64,000 nt of DNA from Candidatus Omnitrophota bacterium (GTDB lineage: Bacteria; Omnitrophota; Omnitrophia; Omnitrophales; Aquincolibacteriaceae): the NCBI GenBank assembly GCA_030698625.1, contig JAUYMS010000017.1, positions 12,962 to 76,961 of the forward strand, read 5' to 3'. Numbering within the stretch: position 1 is the stretch's first letter; each line of letters begins with the position of its first letter. This document shows positions 39,901 through 45,900 of the stretch, piece after piece. Made by a program: the position numbers and the translations under genes. Under the pieces are notes generated by a model. It searched no databases. It was not told where the DNA came from and saw only the letters and a list, made by a program, of their open reading frames with translations.

Positions 39901-42900
39901 TGATTTTGTCTTCGAAGCAGCTCAAGTTAATTTTGTCGACGGCCGTCATTTTTACGATCCCGCGGAGTTCAAGAACAGCGGTATTAATTACTATGCCATA
40001 GGTGTTCCCCGCGGCGACCGTGATCGCTCCGAGTTACGTTCAGAAGAAGGTCTGGCGTCCACGGTGTTTAAGATGCTCGAGTCATTCGACAAACCTTTTA
40101 AAGACAACCGGAAGGCCATTACGGATTATATCCGGCCGCTCGGTCGGGAACAGAAGATCGAAGCTTTCAATCTGCTTGTCGATGTTCTCGTGGATGCGAC
40201 GGCCAAGGGGCGGGCGCGCGAACTGGCGGGCCGTGTCCTTCCTAAAGTGATCGAAGATCTCGGCCGGGACGACAAGGTCGACAATGTGGCCGTCATTCTC
40301 CCCGCGCTGCGCAAGGTGATTGCAACGATTGATCAAATCGTGAAAGGCATGCGGCCGAAGACGCGCGAAGAAGGGATTTTCGTTTGGTATGCGATGGACT
40401 TTGTCGAAACCGTTGAAGACTATGCGAGCGGCAAGAATATTCAGCATGTCGTAGACAAGGCGCTGGGGAACAAGCTCAAGAACATCGAAGGCGAACTCGG
40501 CACCATTTTCTGGATCCGTGAAGTAGACAGCCCCTGGTGGAGATTCGAGGGCCAGACCGAAGACCTTGGTTATCTGCATATTTCCGCGCGTCATCATGCC
40601 AAAGAGCTCAAGCGTGTCGCAAAGCGGATCAAACGGCCGGCTGAAGATACAGAAGAACGTGAGACGCCGGAGGAGTTGTGGGCGCGTGCGGTTCGGGCCT
40701 ATGAAGGCATGGGTCTTCTGCGGCAGCAGGCCCTGATCCTGTGGCAGCTGGAAAGCCGCGACATGACCGCAGAGAATCCGCATCAATACGAGATCGAAGA
40801 CAAGATTCATGAGATCGCACGGCTTGCCGCGGAATCTCGGCCCGTCTTTGAAGGCATCACTGCAGATCTAAGAAAAACTTACACAAAGCCCTGGCCGAAG
40901 CGCGACCCAAAGAAAAAGACTCTGTTCCCCGGACTCTCAGCTCTTCCTTCTGAGCAGGTAGCACTCGAAGCGGATGAGCGCATGATCGAGAAGCCGAATG
41001 GCATGAAGCAGGAGCTTGCGAATCAGATCTTTGGGCTCTTCGCCAAAATGAAACGGCATTCGAAAGAGATTGCGCGTTGGGGCGCGATTACTACGGGCAT
41101 CATCAATAAGATTCAGGAAGGCTCCAGCGAAGATCAGGGCGTTGCGATCAAGGAGCTCAGAGAAATCATTCGCGAGCGGGCCTATCCGGAACTCGAAGAA
41201 CTTTCACGGCTTTCGGCGGAGATCATGATGACAATCGGATGGCTCGGGACGACCACTGAAGAAGATCACGCCGCCGAGATTAATGCAGCGCAGGACCTGG
41301 GCCGACAGATTCGAGAAGCCCTGCGATCGGATCCGGATGACGATGGAAAGGACACCGAAGTAAGAGAATATCTCAACTCCGAAGAGTTCCGGGAGATGGA
41401 GCCCAATGACCGCCTGGGAGCCGTTATCGATCAACTCAGGAACAATGGCCTCAATCTCGACGGTGAAAACATGAACGACATCTACAATAAACTGCCCCTG
41501 CAGCTTGGCGACTATGTCAGCCGGGACGACATTACGACCTATGACATGGAAGCTTCCATATATAGAAAGATCCGCGAAGCTGTTGCCGACCCGCAGATTC
41601 AGCGGTTCCTTCTCGCGGAAGATTTCATGAAGCTGGATCCGCTGGAAAGGCTTCCCGCGCTCATTGCCGAAATTCGCCAGGCTCGGCTGCCGCTTGACGC
41701 CGAAAACGTCATGCAGATCCGGCAGGCCCTGCCGCGCGTGCTGGCAGACCATACCGAGGTCACAAGACCTATTAGTGACGACGGCGAACTGGGTGAAGAA
41801 TACGAAAAACGGACTCAGATCTTCAAGCAGGATATTCCGGCCCTCGACCTGCCTTTCAATGTCTTTGTGCAGATGCGGGATCTGGTCGAGATGAGTGAAG
41901 TTCAATCGTATCTGGATTCTCCGGAATTCCGTGCTGTTCCCGCCGAACGGAAGCTCGCCACATTTGTCGCAAAACTTCAGGACGGAGAGACGGGCATGAA
42001 TTTCATTCTGGAAACCGATGACTTGGAACTTATCCACCGTGCTCTTCCCGAAGATCTCAGTAACAAGACGAAAAAGACGGAGATGCCGTTACCGGTCGCC
42101 GAAGACGCCGAGGCGGAAACCGCCGGCTATCTCGGCTGGGTGCGGCCGTTTCTCGATTTCTTACGCAAATTGTTCCGGGCGGCGGTCGAGTACTTTCCGA
42201 ACCGGATTCAGTTGGGCCGCGACCGCAAGGCCGTGGAACAGGCAACGCGTGTTGCTTTTGAAACACGGGCCATTCACGAAGAGTCCCGCAAATACTATCT
42301 GGATATATTCGAAGAAATCGAGAAGCTTCGCAAAGCGACCGGTCGCAACACCTTTCCGATCGCCGCAGAAGACACTTATGGGCTTAGCCCCGAACCCGCA
42401 TCACCGCCTGCAGTTGACCCTTCCGGTACAGGCCGCTCCGAGCTGCGCAGTGATTTTGAGGTTGCGAGGGCGGCTACGCAAGATCAATTGAAGGAATTGT
42501 TGGGGCAGCACTTTGCGATCGAGGTCCTTGACGATGCGCTGACCGATCGCTTGTCGCCCGACATCTTTACTTTCTGGTATGCCCTTATTAAAGCGGCGCA
42601 CCTCGACAAATCCGCGCTCAGGAGAGTGATTTTTACCCTGTGGGACCGGGCCCATGAAAAGACCCTGGTGTATGAGGGGAAGGAGATTGAGTTAACGGAA
42701 ACCGACAAGCTTCTTTACCATAGCCAAGGCGGTTATCATAAGGATACGAGTTCCGTCATCGTAAATACCTCGGGTACGATGCCCCTTGCGATGATTGTCG
42801 CGCACGAGATCGGCGAAGCGATTGTTAAGGTTTACGGATTCCGCTATTACCTACCCGAATCGCAGCATGAATACCTGGTTCATTATGTCCTCAAAAGTCT

Positions 42901-45900
42901 TCTCAAAGAGGTGGATCCGAAATATATCCAGGAATATGACGATGCAACGTCGGGCTCTTTAGGTAAGGTCGGATACGACGTGAGCAGGAGTAGAGTCAGC
43001 ATGATCGAATCCGTAGGGAATGCGATTCTGAAAAACGCGAAATTTGCGAAGGCGAAAAAGAGAGCAGGCTTTTTGCCCGAGCTCGAACGATTCGAAGAGG
43101 ATGTCCCGTGGAGTGCGTTACGCGATAAGGATCCCGCCGCGAGATCCAAAACATATTTCAAGGAGGGCGACCGGGTCGTCATTGACGTAAGGGGACGGGA
43201 GGGGCCGTATATCGGGAGTGGTGTTCTTGCCGTGAAAGGAGTAATAAGCAGTGTGAACCGTGACGGACAGAGTGTCTACGTCAACCTCGTCACCGACAGC
43301 GGTGAAATTCAAAACTCGGTATTCGGAACAAATATTGGCGACGCCAAATTGTGGAAATGGGATGAGGGAAAGGAACCGTTTGTGCCCGAGGGCGGAGAAT
43401 TACGGAAGGAGGAGTATACTTCCGTCTTAGAGCTTCCCGCCGCCATCGCGAAGGCACTCTGGGATGATGCCAGTTTTCTCACCGTCGGTGAGCTGAGAAA
43501 TGCCCTTGGGATGGGCTTGCTGCATCTTATCCCGGGCATTGATTATGAAGCGATTCGCACAATCAGAGAGAAACTTGCGAGTGTCCGCTCCGAGCTGAGG
43601 GCTGAATACGACGCCTACATTGTTTCCGGTGCGGAGAGGGCCTTAAGGCCGGCCGGTGAAGTCAGTCGCAAGGGCGCGAACCTGTTGACGATGGCGTCAC
43701 TCGGTCTTCCGGTTCCTGATTTTGTTATTGTGACGACGGACCTCGCCAAAGACCGGGGCGGCAATATCGACTTTGATGAATTGGCTGCGGCATTGACCGC
43801 CCAATTCGAAGGAAAGCTTGGCGAGGATTACCGCCTGCGTGTCAGACCCGCGGCGATTGAGACTATGCCAGGGGTTCTGGATACTTATGCCGGTATTGCA
43901 TCGGGCACAGATCTCGCGGAAGCGCTTCGTCGGGCCTACGCACAGTGGGAGGACCCTTTTACCTCGGCTTATCGAGACGAATTTGGCATTCCGCATGATT
44001 CGGGAATCGCGATTACTGTGCAGGTCGAAATCAATGTGAGCGGAACTCCGAAAAGTGCTGCAGGTGCTTTTCATACGCGTGACCCGAAAAGCGGAGAAGA
44101 CCGGCTGACGGGAACTTATTATATCGGAGCGCCCGGGGAAAAGACGATGTCGGGGTCTGAAGACCCGGCCTTCCGGACCGTCGAAGACCATTTGCAGACT
44201 GACTTTCCGGATCTTCATACGAAACTTGTCGAAATCAAAGGCATTCTCGAAAAGCATTACGGGTACCCGCAGATCGTGGAGTTCATTATTGAAGACGGCA
44301 AGATTCATCTTCTGCAGACCGATCATATGGACCTGGATGAGGCCGGCATCGGCGAACGCGTCATGGACGACATGTTCCGCCAGAAGCTTACGAGCATCAA
44401 GCGTATCACGGCTGCCCGCAAGGCCCGTGAAGCGCTCAAGGTAGCGATTAGGGCGGTCCGCGAAGACGCCAAAAAGGAAACAGTGCCGGGCTTCGCGCTT
44501 TCGCGCGGAGCTGCTGTGGGAGTCCTGGCTTTCTCACTTGAGGCGGCCGAGCGTTACCGGGCGGACGGCAAGCAGGTAATCTTGCTTGTGCCGGAGCGTA
44601 ACCGCGCAGTGTGGACGGCGATGATACAAAAGAAACTTGACGGTCTTCTGCTCCTTTTCGGTAATTACAATATGCATGAAGCCCGCATTGCACGGCGCAT
44701 CGCCCTGCCCGCGGTTTCCAGTCTGGAAGACCGGGAATTCGACGGCGCATCCTTTCGGGTTGGCAATATCTCGTTAAAGGAAGGCGACCGCATTGCCATT
44801 GACGGAAACACGGGCAAAATCGTGCTGCCCCAGGGCCGGCATGTGCTCGAGACCGTTGCGGAGACTGCGGTTGAGACGGCCTCGGAAGTGGATCCCGAAG
44901 AAGTCGCTCAGAAGACGCGCGAGGCGTTTGGCGCCCTCTCGTATCAGCAGCTTGTGGTTCTGCATTCGGTACTCGCGGCCAATGTCTCCTATGAAGACCT
45001 GACACACAGCGGGGCTGCCGACGATGCCATTGCCCTCGAGACTGCCCTCGATGAGATTCATATCCTGGTGACGAAGGCCGGCACCGTGCTTGGGCGTACG
45101 GAACTGGAAATTGGGCGCGAACTTCAGACGGTTCGGAACACCTACTGGCAGCATGTGGAGGCGCGTGAGATTCCTGAAGCGATTCGTTTCACTACCCAAG
45201 ATGAACTCATCGCTAACGGGATCGCCAAAACGGGGTTAATTCTTGCCCCTGTGCGCGGACTCAGGATCGAAAGCATCGACAAGCTCAAAGGGTTTGGCAA
45301 AGACCTCGTATTGCGGAGTGCCGATCTGAATCTGCCGATCGAATTTACAGCTACGCTTGCCGGCGACCTGACGGCATTGGAAGCAACGCCGGACCTCTTG
45401 GCCATCGGCATGGCAATTGAGATAGAAGCCGAATACATCAACCTCATCGGTGAAGAGGCTATCGCCTCGTTCTTTTTTGAAAAGGAAAAAGTGAAAAAGA
45501 CGCAACTCGTCAACGTGACGGTAACTGTCGAGGATGCAGCATCGGGAAGGGTCAAGATTCGTGGTGAGTTCCCCTTCGAACAATACATGCCGGTGTTTAC
45601 TGCTCAGATCCGGATTCTAACGGCAGCAGGTGATAAATGGTACTCAGAGTGGCGGGATGACGACCGCGGCGATCTGGTCGGAATTCACTGGGAGAAGCCT
45701 TCGACGGTACGCAGGGAGCGCATCGAACAATTGATTCGCGCAAAAGAATTTAAGGCAGCCTCGGCGGACAGCGATCGGCTGAAGCAGGAGCGCGCCTACG
45801 AACTTGTGCGCGAAGCCCTGAATAACACCACGTTCAGCTATGGCATGGGCAGCGGCTACAGCAACCGGTTGGACGGAATCCTTGAGGAACTCGGCGAGGA

